Shown: positions 12,357 through 25,382, counted from the first letter of the stretch. The stretch: 64,000 nucleotides of DNA from Curvularia clavata (GCA_023920165.1 CP089278.1:868001-932000), one strand, 5' to 3'. The notes: a model not told the origin generated them from the sequence alone. A program made the numbers and translations.

Positions 12357-14047
12357 ATGGCAGAGGAGATACAACTTAACACGCGCACCGTTGCGCCGCC
12401 GCAAAACGTCCCGAGAGATATCTCACGCCCGCCATCTATTGCGGAGATGCCACAGGAATACCCTAAAGGTATCAGGATGGTCTTCCTCACCCTAAGCCTC
12501 ATACTCAGCCTATTGCTTGCTGCTCTTGACAATACCATCCTTGCGACCGCAATTCCCGCTATCACCACCGAATTTGGGTCTATCGCTAATATCGCGTGGT
12601 ATGGAACGGCCTACAGCATAACAAATGGCGCATTCAAGCTAGTTTGGGGTAAAGCCTACCAATCGTTTCGGATTAAGAATGTGTTCTTTCTAGCTGTCTT
12701 TCTCTTTGAGACAGGCAATGTCATTTGCGGTGCAGCAAAGAGCGGCGAGATCCTGATTCTAGGCAGGGTTGTTGCTGGCCTGGGAGGTGGCGGTATCACA
12801 ACGGGCACGTTCATCATGATTTCATTAAGTGTGCATGATCAGTATAGAGCAGCTTATATGGGCATTGTGAGCGTCACTTTTGGTATTGCTAGTGTCGCAG
12901 GGCCGTTGCTAGGAGGTGGCCTCACCGATACTGTGGGCTGGCGTTGGTGTTTCTGGTAAGGAAGAGCCGTCGAATTCTTTTCTCAATGATGAGTAACAAA
13001 TCTAACGAATGCAGGATCAATCTTCCACTTGGCTTCGTCGCCATAACTATTATGGCTTTGACTCTCAAGTCTCCAATTACTATCCGTGAAACAACATTGC
13101 GACAGCGTATCATAGGTCTTGACCTCGGAGGCGGAGTCTTAGTTACTTCCTTCTTGAGTTGTTTTGTCCTAGGTATGCATTACTCAGGTACCCATCCTTG
13201 GAGTGCACTATCCGTAGTGGGCAGTCTCGTGGGCTCCGTATTAAGCTTTTTCGCATTCATATTCAATGAATGGAAAATGGGGCAGAAGGCAATGGTGCAC
13301 GCAGGACTTCTTCGCAAACCGGATATCTTAGCAAATCTTGTATTTGTCTTCTTTCTTGCTGGAGTGTTCTACCCACTGCAGTACACACTTCCCGTCCAGT
13401 TTCAATCAGTTGATGCGGTCTCTGCGTCTCAGAGTGGTGTCCGCCAGATTCCAATGATTTTGGGCATATCAGTCTTCACCTCTGTTGCCAACGGCGCGCT
13501 GACCTGGTGGCGACATTACAGACCATTCATGCTTCTAGGCGCGATCTTGGCCACCGCAGGCACAATCAGCATCTACTCTATTGACGCTCCAACCCCAACC
13601 CGTAAATGGATTCCTCTGGAGCTCCTTACGGGAATGGGCATCGGTATTACTCTTCAGATACCAATTATGTTCAACCAGTCTCTCGTTACGCGCGACGATA
13701 TCCCCTCGGTCACCGCTCTCACGTTGTTTACAGAGAATCTTGGTACATCACTATTGGTCGCCAGCGCTGAAGCAGCTTTCACTCAAGGAGTTGTCAATCA
13801 TCTGAAGAAAGTTCTTCCTAGCCTTGATCCTCATGTGGTTGTCAATACAGGTGCCGTTCAATTGCGGGACATATTTCGGGGTGAAGAGCTAGAGAAAGTT
13901 TTGGGAAGCTATCTATACGGCTGCAGAACCAGCCATCTGATCGGAGTAAGCTGTGGGGTTGTGACCTTCCTGGTCAGCGCCGGCGGCGCGGGACCTGGGA
14001 TGATTAGGGTGGTCAAGGATAAATTTTGGAAGAGCCATGCTAGCTAA
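12357..14047 (+). CDS. MFS drug/toxin efflux pump (14-TMS DHA2/TCR type); intron 12956-13014
   Basis: Motifs LAALDNTILATAIPAITTEF, ILGRVVAGLGGGG and GPLLGGGLTD..GWRWCFW|INLP, with many TM segments. The intron has GTAAG, CTAAC and CAG signals. Confidence 0.92.
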
Positions 14048-14768
14048 GAAAGCATGGGATTAATATATAGGTAAACTTTATATGATTTTAGAAGAACGCG
14101 GTACACAACGTCTTGTGCGATCGCGATCTGCTAGCAACAAGCTGCAATAGACAGCTTAGATCTTACAGAACCTTTTTAGTACCGGGCCTGTGCTGACATC
14201 TTGGATATCATGGTTTCGTAGTATAGTTTCTAAGCTTTAAGAGCACTTCTATATTGAGCAGGCTTTTGATTGATTTCTACCGCATGTGAATCCAAACCAG
14301 ACACTTATGGTGTTTAAGCCTGACGTGGTTCCATAGTCAAGCGTCGCATCTCACCAAGCTTGCACGCCTCTCACATCTCATCGAACGATGGCTCAACGCA
14401 ACACTATGGTATTATCTTCAAACAAACCAAATGTTTAGCTTGCTGTTTCTTCAAGTAATTTCAACCAATTCCCGAGTAATCAGTGTGCTGATACTATCTA
14501 TAATGTAATGGTGTGTTTGCGGCTTCACTAAACACAGATAGTTGCTTCACCAATTGGATTGCAATCTAGGTGCTGCCTCCAGTTACTAGGAGCACGATAA
14601 TGAATTCTTCCTATTCTTTTATCACTATCGTATTTCGTCTTTACATTGCTATCCAACAGTGCTACTGATGGTGATCTGACCACTCCGCGCCTATCTTTGC
14701 TGCAAATCTTCGACTCGGATGCATGCTGACCCTTTGGTCTTTGAACCTTTACACTCTTCTGTCTCTTT

Positions 14769-17521
14769 TTAGAGGCACTTTCCTTTGTTGGTAACAAGAT
14801 CTTCATCGAATGATTTGATCATACGGACTACCGAGAAGATATCCTCTGAATTCATCTGGCGCTGTTTGTCTTGTGCCAGAGCATGCGCCACTCTGACAGC
14901 GTTCTTGATCTGACGGCCGTTCATCTCATTGTCGACAACTCTGTCCAGAAAGGCATCATCTACCCAAGATGGAAGTTGCTGGGCCATTCCCTGCCTGATG
15001 AATACGCGCCAAAGCTGACGCTTTGACTCCGGCGACAAAGGAGGAAACGCAATCTTCAAATGAATGCGAGAATTAAAGGCAGGGTCCATTTTATGTGCTC
15101 GGTTGGTGGTTAGAAAGAGTATACCCTCGAAGTATTCAAGAACCCGTAAGAGGACTATTCAATGTGAGCGCTGAGACTATGCTGAAGTGTACGATGACTG
15201 ACCTGAAACCAGCTCATTTCTCTCTAGATCGTTCAAGTTTCGTTCCGCCATGAAGACGTCGGCCTCGTCGATTAGTGCTACCGCATTCCATTTTGTAGCC
15301 AGGCTCAGTACTTGTGCGAGGCGCGATTCTGCATTGCGAATCGTCAAGTCACTGCAATTTAGCGAGTACAATGGTCGTTGCGTAAGGTCTGCGATACTTT
15401 CTACAGATATAGGTCAGTCTAGAGCAAGGCCTTGTATCGATACAATGCAGCAGAATTTACCAGCTGTGAAAGTCTTTCCCACACCAGCAGGTCCATGAAG
15501 TAGGAGGATGAGACCCTTCCCCTTGCCTCTGATCAGATCGTCATAGGTCTCGGAGCTTGCTCTTGCATTCTTAACCAACGCTGCGATCATGTCCTTCTTC
15601 TCTGGAGCGAGCGCCAACATATCAAAAGCAGAAGTGTTGAAATCGATGTCTTGTATGTGATCGATGTCAAGCAAGCCCCAGCTCTTAGTTGCGAGTGAAA
15701 AGCCGGGGATCACAAGATCACAGATGAGTAGCTGCTCCTCGCTCAGTGCAGGCTCCTTTTCTGGTTCGACCTCAATGATTGATTCACGGGAGAATATGGT
15801 AGGCTCGAGGCATTGGGCATTCTCAAATTCTTGTCCATCAATCATGACTCTTTGTCGCACAGACCCTACCGCAGGACTATCGAAGCCACGCCATCGTCCG
15901 TCGTACATGCGGTAATGCACTCCATGCAATGAAGCATATTTTTTCCCTCTTACCAGCAGTCTTTTCCTGACAGCCTCGATGTCCTTGACATACTCTAGTG
16001 GATATATCTCGAGGTCCGCCAGGGGTTTGAAGCCGTCGTAGCGGTGAACTTTGAAATAACGTGTGGTCCTGCCGAAGATCCTTCCATTACTCTCCAGCTG
16101 TTCGGTCTTCAAATCCCAACACATGTACCCTCTGTCTTCTTCAGAGACCTCCTCCATGCTGACAAACTTGAATATGTGTTCCTGATCCTCATTCTTTCTG
16201 TATACAAGCGAGCCAGGCCGGAAAACCATCCAGAGTTCCTTGTAAGTGATACCTGGGGACGAAGTTTCATTTTTCATCATGTTTTCGTAAGTAAGAATCT
16301 CTTTTTGCAAAGCCTTTCTCATGTACTTGAGAATGAAATCCACATGCTTTTTCATCACAGGCTCACTTGAACCTTCAGCGTACTGCTCCAATTCGTGCCG
16401 GTAATGAAACAAGCACCACGGTTTGGAGAACATGTATATGCTCCCCCCCGTGAAATTCAAATCTACGTCCGGATACGTTCCTATCACATCTTTGAGAGCT
16501 TTCCGGATGTGTGGGGAGTTTATCCTTAGATCGGCGTATGTCATTCTGCCGTCCTTGGAGAAGAATCGAGTGAAGACAAGAGCCGCCTCTGGGCTTTTCT
16601 CGTCGTCTTCCTCAATCGAGTACTTCGAGCCAGTGCGGAGTTCGATTCTTTCTCCTTTTGAGTTCAGTCGGCTATCGTAGTTGTGTAATTCGCATAGTTG
16701 GCCGCGCTGGTCGTCGATAGTCTCGTCCGAGGGAACCCCAACATATTCGAAAGGGTCGGGTACTTGGTTCCTTTCTTTTGCTCTGCTATTCATGGTAGGT
16801 TTGGATGTATAACTCATGGATTCATCCACACCTACTTCATTGACATCATCTCCGTTGCTTGTCTTATCATCTTCCAGCTCATCGAAGTCGTTCGAACTCG
16901 ACACTTCTCGGGCGGCCTGGGCCCCAAATTTCAATTTCGATTTCGTTACTGAAGGGCTTTGCTTCCATCGAATTTTGGTTTGGGGACGAAAGGCTACCCT
17001 TAGTTTGTGCTGTGCTCGTGCTTTCGTGGGTTTGCTGGCCGTCAGTTCCACCATTATTGGTTGTATCTTGGTAGTCGAACAATCAAACACGGTCTTGGCG
17101 GATGAAGATTCAATACTTGAAATTTGATTTGATCCTTGAGTCTGGGATGAGACTGTTGAATGCTAGGCAACGACAGATATAAGTCATTCAGCTAAGCCTA
17201 CTAGCGCTACAGCTTTGCACCTTTGTCATTGCATCGCTGTTCCTCAGCCCTGCTTAGTGAAACTTTCGAATCTGCCTTGTCCGCACATGTCGACCCACTC
17301 ACACAGCTTGCCGGTACACCATCATCATTTCCGACTGAGCCAGCCACAGCACCGATAGCATGATACGGCTGTGCTTCCATCGCCTCCTGCAGCCACCGCC
17401 GCAGCATGGGAGCTTTTGCACCACCTTGGGAAGATCCCTGTCTAGGTTGTCCCTCGACTTCGTGATGCATCATCCAGTCACGCTCGACACTATGAAACTG
17501 ACTTCGAGCATCAAATTCCAT
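14769..17521 (-). CDS. Fungal AAA+ ATPase with long N-terminal domain; introns near 15.41-15.46 kb and 15.16-15.20 kb; the first exon (17521 to ~17221) is tentative
   Basis: DLIRGKGKGLILLLHGPAGVGKTFTA (Walker A), VALIDEADVF (Walker B) and LRVLEYFEGILFLTTNR..MDPAFNSRIH (sensor-1/Arg finger), then NGRQIKN. The frame is open upstream to ~17162. Confidence 0.88.
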
Positions 17522-18716
17522 CTCTACCTTTTATACCTATTCATGTGTGAGCTCTTCACGAAACCTTCAAAGATTTGAAGTGATTGACTTTGACGTTGAC
17601 ATTGACGTTGTTTGCTTTCGCGATTGGGCGCGACGCCTTCCGCTGAGAAACCATGAATGCGAAAAAATTGTAGATATGAGCAGATTGTACGGTATAAAAT
17701 AGCTTGAAGCTTAGCCGAGCATGCAAATGCTTGCTCTGTGTTTGCGATGAAGCAGCCCTGGAGCTTCACTGGCAGTTTATATAATGCCAGATGAGCACAG
17801 CCCAATGTCCTTTTCTGTCGCTCTTTCCATTGTGGCACTATTCGAAAGTACGTTCCTTTCCGAGCTAGTCGCATCTGCCGTACTTTCAAGCGCTTTCTAC
17901 TTACTGTAGAGAGACATGGGGCCTAGAAGGTGGGTGTGTGAAAGTACGGTACTTTCGAAGTCCACCGTCGCAACAGCGCCTCAGTCTCAAGTCGTGTGTT
18001 AGCTAAGACCCCGGTATTCTTATGAGCTTTGTCGTATGCATGAGACTACCAATGGAATCTGTCGATGTGCAAAGATCCAGCAACGATGGACCGGTCTGGC
18101 CGACGCACTGCAGCCGCACTGGTGCCTCACTATTTGGCGGTACTCTATGACCCAACGTGCGTTCCGAGGAACAAGTTTCGTAGGCGTGTTTGCGGGGTTG
18201 ACGTGGAGTTAGCGAGATAGGAGGACCAATCAGCCTCGCAACGTACTTTCGTGGGACTTTTGTTACCCACACTTGCGTGTAGCTTCACGTACAGCTATGG
18301 CGCAATCTCCGGGGTCATCATAAGCGAACTCTGGAGTCTGACCGGTCAAACGACTTCCATCTCCACAACGGGTCGTGCCACTTATCTGTCCCCACCTATC
18401 GGCCTTCACTTAGTCTGCATCTCGCTGCGATCATGGTCATCCGAAGTTTCCGAGGCTTCTTACGTCTGACTGATCATGCGAGATCTCTTAGTCTTGGCAA
18501 GTGAGGCAATGCAGTACTTTTGGGCTCTTTCGAGTACTTTTGACTCAGCGAATCACCGCTATGTCTGTGACCTGCACTCGTGGCGCTACTACTGGACGGT
18601 TCGACTCTTGCGGCGATCCAGCCTTATCAAGCCAAAATGTTAAATGCCGCTGGATCGCGCTGTCTCCGTTCTTCAGACTCTTCTCGCTGTTGCTGCGCGG
18701 GTTCCCTCCTTTATAG

Positions 18717-20734
18717 ATGGACCGCTTGAACATCTTCTATGCTCCTGGTGAGCAATCGCCTTGGAGTGATACTGCTCCATTTCAGCCTACCTATCAACAT
18801 GGCAACGATTCGTTCACAACCACAGGTCCCGCACAGCTGGCATCAGTGGATGCTTTTGCTACACCTGCCTCGATTCCCCGTTCGCATCGTGTCCCTGAAG
18901 CGGAGTCACGCCATATACCGAAGCCCAGTGCGTCTCGAACGTGTCAGAAGACCATTGTTTGGGACCAACATCGAGAAGAGCTTAGAAAGCTATACCTCGA
19001 GGACAACATGAAGCTTGACGATATCCAAGCGTGGATGAAACGAGAGAGGTCCCTCGACGCGACGTAAGTAACATCTCCAACAAGGCTTTAGCAAACACTG
19101 AACACGTTCTAGTAAGAAACAATATAAGGATCGCTTCAAGCTTTGGGGTTGGAAGAAGAACCTGCCTCCCGAGACAGCGCAATTCATGGTCGACAAGGCC
19201 AAGGAACGGAAGCAGGGCCCTGACAAAAAGGACACCAGTTTCAAGTTTGGCGGCATGACTTGGACGAGCGCGCATGCTGAGGTCACCGTCAAGAGAGCTG
19301 GAGAAGGCATCACAGAGACCATAGGTTTGCATTCTCATCGTCTCTTGTCCGAACCCATACTAATGCGATGAAGAAATGAGCACACCTATGGGCGTCGTTT
19401 ACGAGACACCTGGTCACATCAATCCGACATCGCCAGAGAACGCGGGTACGCGACTTGATACAGATCATCAGATGGACGAGGCTACGACGATATCATCGGG
19501 CTCTGATCCAGAAGCGTGGGAGTCTGACTCTGACGGCACTGACCACCTTCTATCATTGACATGGAGAAATAAAACTCGATCAGATGTTCATGACATGCTT
19601 CAGATGGCGAAGCAGCAAATGCATGCCGGTCACAATCAACAGGCTGAAAAGCTACTCCGAGAAGTACTGAAAGGGTACAAAAATCTCCTGGGATCGACTC
19701 ATGAGGATACTAGCCACGTCTTTACAACACTTGCAACGCTGTGTTTCGAGATGGGCAGACTACCCGAGGCCTACAAGATCATCGAGGAGAGCTGTCGTCT
19801 TCACATTGAGAAGAACGGACTACATGATCGTCGCACACAGCAGCACATCAATAACGTCGCCGAGCTTCTGCACGGTTGGAACAGAGGAGATGACGCTCTC
19901 GCTTTCTTGAATCGAGTGAGAGAGATTGGGAACGCAGATCGCCGGCGAACGATATCGAAAAGCGCTCCAAGACATAAGAAACCGCGTGCCTTCAAAAACG
20001 TTCCAGAGAACTCTCACGGGTCATTGCTGCAAGAAGCTGCGAGCAGCATACAAGGAAACAGTGATCCCGTTCAGCTTGATTATGGGATTAGTCTTGTCCG
20101 CGCACGTGGTCCTACTGAAGATGCAACCGCAAAGCAACTACTCTATCTTACTATCGAAAGTTGTGGTTCAGACACCAATAAGCTTGCTGTGCAGCGTTTG
20201 AAAGCGTGGGCTGAGCTTCTCAAGCTTCACAACGATGCAGGCCAAATCTCTCAAGGATTGACCGACTTCAATAAGGCATACTCCGCTTTCTACGCAGTCC
20301 TGCAGAATTTTCCGTGGGATCAGGTGACAAAGGAGAAGTTCCGATCATTCCAACTCATGGAATCTGCTCTCGAATTTGTGGCTCAATATGTCCGCGCGAG
20401 ATTGTTGACCGAAGCAAAACAAATGTTTCAAATGTGTCAGGAGAAGGCTTCCAAATACTTTGCAGAGTACAGCGAGCGTACCATTTGGGTGTTGATCTCC
20501 ATCGGTCTTGTTTACCAAAGGTACAGGAGCTGGAACGAGGCTTGTCCATGGTTCGAACATGCGCTATCCACGGCAATGGAACTGTATGATGAGAATGATG
20601 GTATTCGAATGTCGTTGGAGGAGGCGATGGAAAACAAGCATTTCTCGTACATCAACGATGAGGGTCGACCGTATAGGACTATATTCGGCGTCAATGGGCT
20701 CAAGATCATGCCGACAAGACTGCACATGGAGTAA
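18717..20734 (+). CDS. Clr5-domain protein with C-terminal TPR-like helical repeats; introns 19064-19112 and 19325-19373
   Basis: The spliced sequence WDQHREELRKLYLEDNMKLDDIQAWMKRERSLDATKKQYKDRFKLWGWKKN fits the Clr5 signature (W..h+..I..LY......L..v...M....F.A....YK.+F..WG..KN). Kinesin-light-chain-type TPRs follow (AEKLLREVLKGYKNLLGSTHEDT; GLVYQRYRSWNEACPWFEHAL). Confidence 0.82.
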
Positions 20735-21753
20735 GGTGTTTGAGCGTATCGTATAACAATCAATTTGAAAGGGGTTGGTTTGGATATTTGTATGTATTGC
20801 TTGACTCCTTATTATATCATCTTAATTCATGTAATCCAAATGAGTTATTATCAGGTAGTTGGTGCCAATAGACAGGGACTCTGTAACACAAGCTTGACGT
20901 TCCAGCCGCACTTTATAGCTTCACCATGTTTCTCATCCTCCAGTTAACTGTTTCTAGCACAAAGCATTACAACGCGGCAGCTGGTAGTCATCTTTGTATA
21001 ATAGCGTCTTTGATCAAACGAGTATTGAAAAATATGCTTTAGCCTCTTCCCAATCAACAGCTGTGCCATGCCTGTTCGAAGTCGTGCGAGCACGCTGCTC
21101 TCTTTCTACGATAGGTTGCCATAAAGTCCGTATATGTGCTTTCCCGGCAGCCCTGTATGGTTCTACTTAGTTTATTCTCTTACCAGTTATTGATTCCTAG
21201 AATATGGGATAATATGTTGCAAAGGTTGAACACGCCCGCTAACCCCAACCCTGTAGTACGCAGTGCAAGTCTTTATGCCCTAGCACTACGGACCGGTTGC
21301 AGTCGCCGCAAAGCTATAAATAAATATTTGGTTCATTATTCTCCCACTCATTCACCAGCATGATTGATGTTTAGTGGCGATCGTAGCCCCACATTCAGAA
21401 GAGAGACAGCTCCGCGTGGTAGGTACCTCGTATTCGCTTACTACCTAGCTATAGTATCTTATCAGCTTTCACGTTACACAAAATGTGCTGTCCTATCAGC
21501 TGATGAGTCCTTCGGGAAATCAAGTTGCGTCTGACTCAATCACGACGCGATTCCCCTCATCTGCATTCTACGAGCGAGGTGCGAGTTCCCAGATCAATAA
21601 CAACGCTATGCACACATCGTGCCCCAGTACCATAGTACGCTATTCTACTCCATAAGATTTACTAAGCTATACCGAACTTTACTACGCTTCACGCTACTGC
21701 CATATCGCGTCCTCCCCACGCTACGTAACAGCGACGACATTCCTCACATCACC

Positions 21754-22194
21754 ATGGCCCCACACATCTACTACCGAGTCGAAGACGCGCACTCTCGTGC
21801 CCAATACATCGATGGAGAGGGATTCTTTGCAGAAGATCCCGATATCGCCGTGAAATTCACAAAATTCGGAAATGCTTCGCTTCGCCACCATCTCGAGCAG
21901 CATCTGGATTGGGGCAACAGAAACCCAACACCCTTCATTTCGATGTATAGCGACAAGGATGTGGCATGGAGAGAGGCATATCGCAGAGTCAATACAGGCA
22001 AGCAGGATGTGAGAATTTACATGGTTGATACGGACACAAGTGATGAGCGCGTGGAATACCGTAACATACGCCATCTCGCTAAGACACTACGCTTGTACAT
22101 CCACGAAGATGCATGGAATAACTCGATGTATGAGTATGTGTTCCTTCATCATGTTCCGGAAAGTGCAATAGTAAAATGGTGGGAACTAGAGTAG
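21754..22194 (+). CDS. Small (146 aa) intracellular ADP-ribosyltransferase-fold protein (R-S-E type; DUF7587-like)
   Basis: ATG in accATGg context. Motifs in order: YYRVED, HLDWGNRNPTPFISMYSD, VRIYMVD, EYVFLHHVPESAIV. These follow the cholera-toxin-like R / S-x-S / E...IP...I pattern. No signal peptide. Confidence 0.7.
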   Translation: MAPHIYYRVEDAHSRAQYIDGEGFFAEDPDIAVKFTKFGNASLRHHLEQHLDWGNRNPTPFISMYSDKDVAWREAYRRVNTGKQDVRIYMVDTDTSDERVEYRNIRHLAKTLRLYIHEDAWNNSMYEYVFLHHVPESAIVKWWELE

Positions 22195-22969
22195 AATAGA
22201 AGCTTCGACATCACGAATGGAATCTGCCAGGCTTGCCAACAAGTGAGCTAGATTGATCTAGAGGTCACGCGGGACCGAACTGAGAATTGTGTCCTTTTGT
22301 CGGGCCTGCTTAGCTGACACTGACTTCGTCCGATGGCTTGTTGGGCTCCACAAATTCAAGCAGAGCGTGAACTCATCCCGCCTAACAATGAAGCTCAACA
22401 AGAAAGCAAACAAAATGCCGACTACTCTCCTGTCGGTCGATCCGGCCATTCCTATTAGACAACGCCCGATTAAGCCTAACACCCAATCAAACCAGATGGA
22501 CAAACTGATTTGAAACCCACGATCATGCTAGCCAGGCTGTGTGCCGAAACGTGGTGAGTTTTCTTTGTTCGTAGCTGCAGGGAACATCTGACCTGATGTT
22601 TGCTGCGTATACTAGTTTCAAGCACGGGCAGAATGCTATTTTGCCTCTGGCAAGTTCTACTTGCCACTCTGAATGTCTCGAACATGAGATTAGCCTTCTC
22701 ACAGACATATAATACATGATCTTCCAGCTGGATGATGATTATGCAACTCACCTTATTATACATTCAGAATATACACCGTACACGATATTCAACGCAGTAG
22801 TGATTTGATCACAAACCCGCTGCAGACTGTAGCCTGCGATGCGGGGATACATATGAGAAGGTAAGCTTCAGGTGGCGATGAGTACAGCAAGTTCTTGCTA
22901 AGAAGAAAGGCAAATTAGAGAACGTATAATCAAAGCAAGAGTCAACATGATATACACTTCGCGAAAGCG

Positions 22970-23709
22970 GCGCCAGGCCCAGGTGCCTTTATCAAACGTT
23001 GCTATATCAACCTCAGCGTCAGATCGATCTAGGAGATCGAGTACAAGAACCTCGAGGTGTTTACATTGCAACCTTTCTTGAGCTTCGATAAACTGTCGAC
23101 CACAGATATCAAGAAAGGCAATAGAGCTCTTAGGGAAGGTATAGAAGATCTGTGTCGATCTAGAAGACGACTATCGACCGGTCGGCGTTTCTTATCGTAC
23201 CACTGAGTAAAACAATGATTGTTACAACGGCTTTGGCTCTGGCTAATGGTATCATCAATTTCTCGAAAGCCTAGAAGGACACTCAGGCCATCTTCAAAGG
23301 CCCCGTAAAACCATATATCAGCAAGAGAAAGCAATATATAGAGCGCACCACAGCCCAGAAGCCAGACATCCAAGATATCAGTCAGACCTTTGCTCATATC
23401 ATACGGCACCTTTTCATCGCGCGAAACTACGATACGGAAAGCCCACGGGGAGAAAGGCTGATGTTGAGCTATACAACAAACGACGTACGATACCGAGAGA
23501 TTGAGTTCGAGGACTCTCTGGGACGGAGTCCACCTTGGTAGCACAATGACGCCAAGGCAGCTGTACCCTTTGATAGCATGTCTGCAACGGGTAGGAATAT
23601 GGGCTTTAGTGGACATTGGGTTCAGTGGGAAGGAGTTCACCTTGGCAGCACAATGACACCAAGGCAATTCCACCCTTTGATTGCATGCCTGCAAAGGATC
23701 GGAAAGTGA
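22970..23709 (+). pseudogene. Probable degenerate gene relic of unknown family
   Basis: Protein-like + strand frames are interrupted by isolated TAG stops (23030, 23272, 23539) and frame changes. The region contains a duplication whose differences are mostly synonymous in one frame. Confidence 0.4.
23519..23704 (+). repeat. Diverged direct repeat of ~79 bp (23519-23597 and 23626-23704), period 107 bp
   Basis: TGGGACGGAGTCCACCTTGGTAGCACAATGACGCCAAGG... versus TGGGAAGGAGTTCACCTTGGCAGCACAATGACACCAAGG...; about 13 mismatches by hand alignment. Confidence 0.85.
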
Positions 23710-24227
23710 GCCCTAGAGGTCTACGAACCATGGTTCAACTTACATATTGTGGATGTTTCATTACAGGAGCGAATATATCATGATGGGTTAGTCCCTGTTG
23801 AGGAGGAACCTGCGAGATTATGGCCGGAATGCCACACTTTACCGAAGACCTCTTACGCTTAGAAGAGACTGTCATCAAAAAAACCCAGTAGGGATCGCAG
23901 ACAATCTTCCAAGAATCTGCGCCGATCAAGGGCCCATACCGTGCCTTGTTATAATATACTACACTACACATCATGTTAGCTAAACAAAAGAAAGGAACTT
24001 TGAGCACAAACCACGGCTGCGGTCAAAAGGCAAGGAAAAATCGATACCAAAATCGCATTCCCATTTTTTTCTCCATAATCATCTACCTATATCAATTCCG
24101 TGAAAAAAGCCATCGTGCCAGCAATGCCTCTTCTCCATACTCACATGACTCCACAACAAAATGGCCTGTTCAACTATCCCATGACACATCACTGCCTCCC
24201 TAGATCCCCTCCAGGGCCGTCGAACCC

Positions 24228-25382
24228 TTACGGCCACGGACACTCCTCGGTCCGATGCCCATACGGCTCAGCCCCATCATTCCGCACTGTATCCATGCTC
24301 TCAATACACCACTGACACGGAACCGCATAGCGTTTTTCCATGAGCGCCTCTCGCTCCTTCTGCTTCTGTTCCAGCGCAACACGCTTCGCTTCGTCGCGGC
24401 ACTTATCCGACTTATGCTGGGTGGCGAGGTGCTCGCGCTCAGGGTCCTTGGCGCAATGTTCGCAGTGCAACTCTCGCTTACATTCTGCCTTGGTGTGCTT
24501 ATCAGAGTCGCAGCGGGTACAGAAGCGCGACTTGCCGAAGAGCGTGTGGGCGGGACTATCGACCGAGTTGGTGGCGGAAAGGATGGTCTTGAGCTCTGCG
24601 TAGGCGGCCGCAGAGGATCGGGTGGTGGAGCCAGGGAAACTCATGAGGAGAGCGGCAACGACAGTAGCGACGACATCGTTGCCGGCGTTGTGGAGGTATG
24701 GCTCGTCGATGTCGTAGTGCTCGAGCAGGTGCTGAAGACGCATCATGCGGCTGGGCTCAGCGAGACCTTGTTCACACGCGAGGACTTGTGTGTCGAGAGT
24801 GGCTACAATGGTGCCGAGAGCTTCGAGATCGAGACCGAAGCGCGATTTGATCATGTTGTAGTCGTTGTCAACGGCATGACCTAGGAAGAGGATGGGGCGC
24901 GCGTACCCATGGGGGTCGTGGCGAAGGAAGACGGATTGCAGCATCTCCTTCGCCGACTGGATGCTAGCATAGGTGGTGATGCCGAACTTAAACTGGTCAG
25001 GGTACCCCGGGCAGAGGTCTCCGTTGACAAGATGCGTGTTGCGCTTAATACAGATGTGGTGCGTCTGCAGCTTGGAGAGAATGGACCAAGGGGATTGGGT
25101 GCCTGAGGAAGGAAGGTCTCGAGGGTCGAGGATGGAGACACCGAGTTCAGTAATCAAGCTGGAATCATGTTCAAACCATTCTACATCGAGGGCAACAATG
25201 ATGGCATCTTGGAGGGCGTTTAGCGCGGCAGTGTTCTGGCTCGAATGCGATGGGCGAGCCTTGGAGCTGATTCCCAACCAGTGCTGAAGAATGGCAGACT
25301 GATTGAGATTATCTTTGTCGACCTCCGCATGAACGAACTGCTTCAGGTAACCCACCATCATATCAGGGACAGGTGGTGCCAT
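24228..25382 (-). CDS. Gfd2/YDR514C/QIP-like DEDDh 3'-5' exonuclease with three C-terminal CCHC zinc knuckles (copy 1)
   Basis: ExoI VALDVEW..ITELG, ExoII FLGHAVDND, LDTQ and ExoIII LHNAGND. Knuckles are CX2CX4HX4C, CX2CX12HX4C and CX2CX16HX4C. Likely start is MAPPVP at 25382; the ORF is open to 25622. Confidence 0.85.
   Translation of the reverse strand: MAPPVPDMMVGYLKQFVHAEVDKDNLNQSAILQHWLGISSKARPSHSSQNTAALNALQDAIIVALDVEWFEHDSSLITELGVSILDPRDLPSSGTQSPWSILSKLQTHHICIKRNTHLVNGDLCPGYPDQFKFGITTYASIQSAKEMLQSVFLRHDPHGYARPILFLGHAVDNDYNMIKSRFGLDLEALGTIVATLDTQVLACEQGLAEPSRMMRLQHLLEHYDIDEPYLHNAGNDVVATVVAALLMSFPGSTTRSSAAAYAELKTILSATNSVDSPAHTLFGKSRFCTRCDSDKHTKAECKRELHCEHCAKDPEREHLATQHKSDKCRDEAKRVALEQKQKEREALMEKRYAVPCQWCIESMDTVRNDGAEPYGHRTEECPWP

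Noticed and set aside
23029..23694. 221-aa minus-strand ORF
   Set aside because: Non-ATG start and no motif; better explained as the antisense of a + strand relic.
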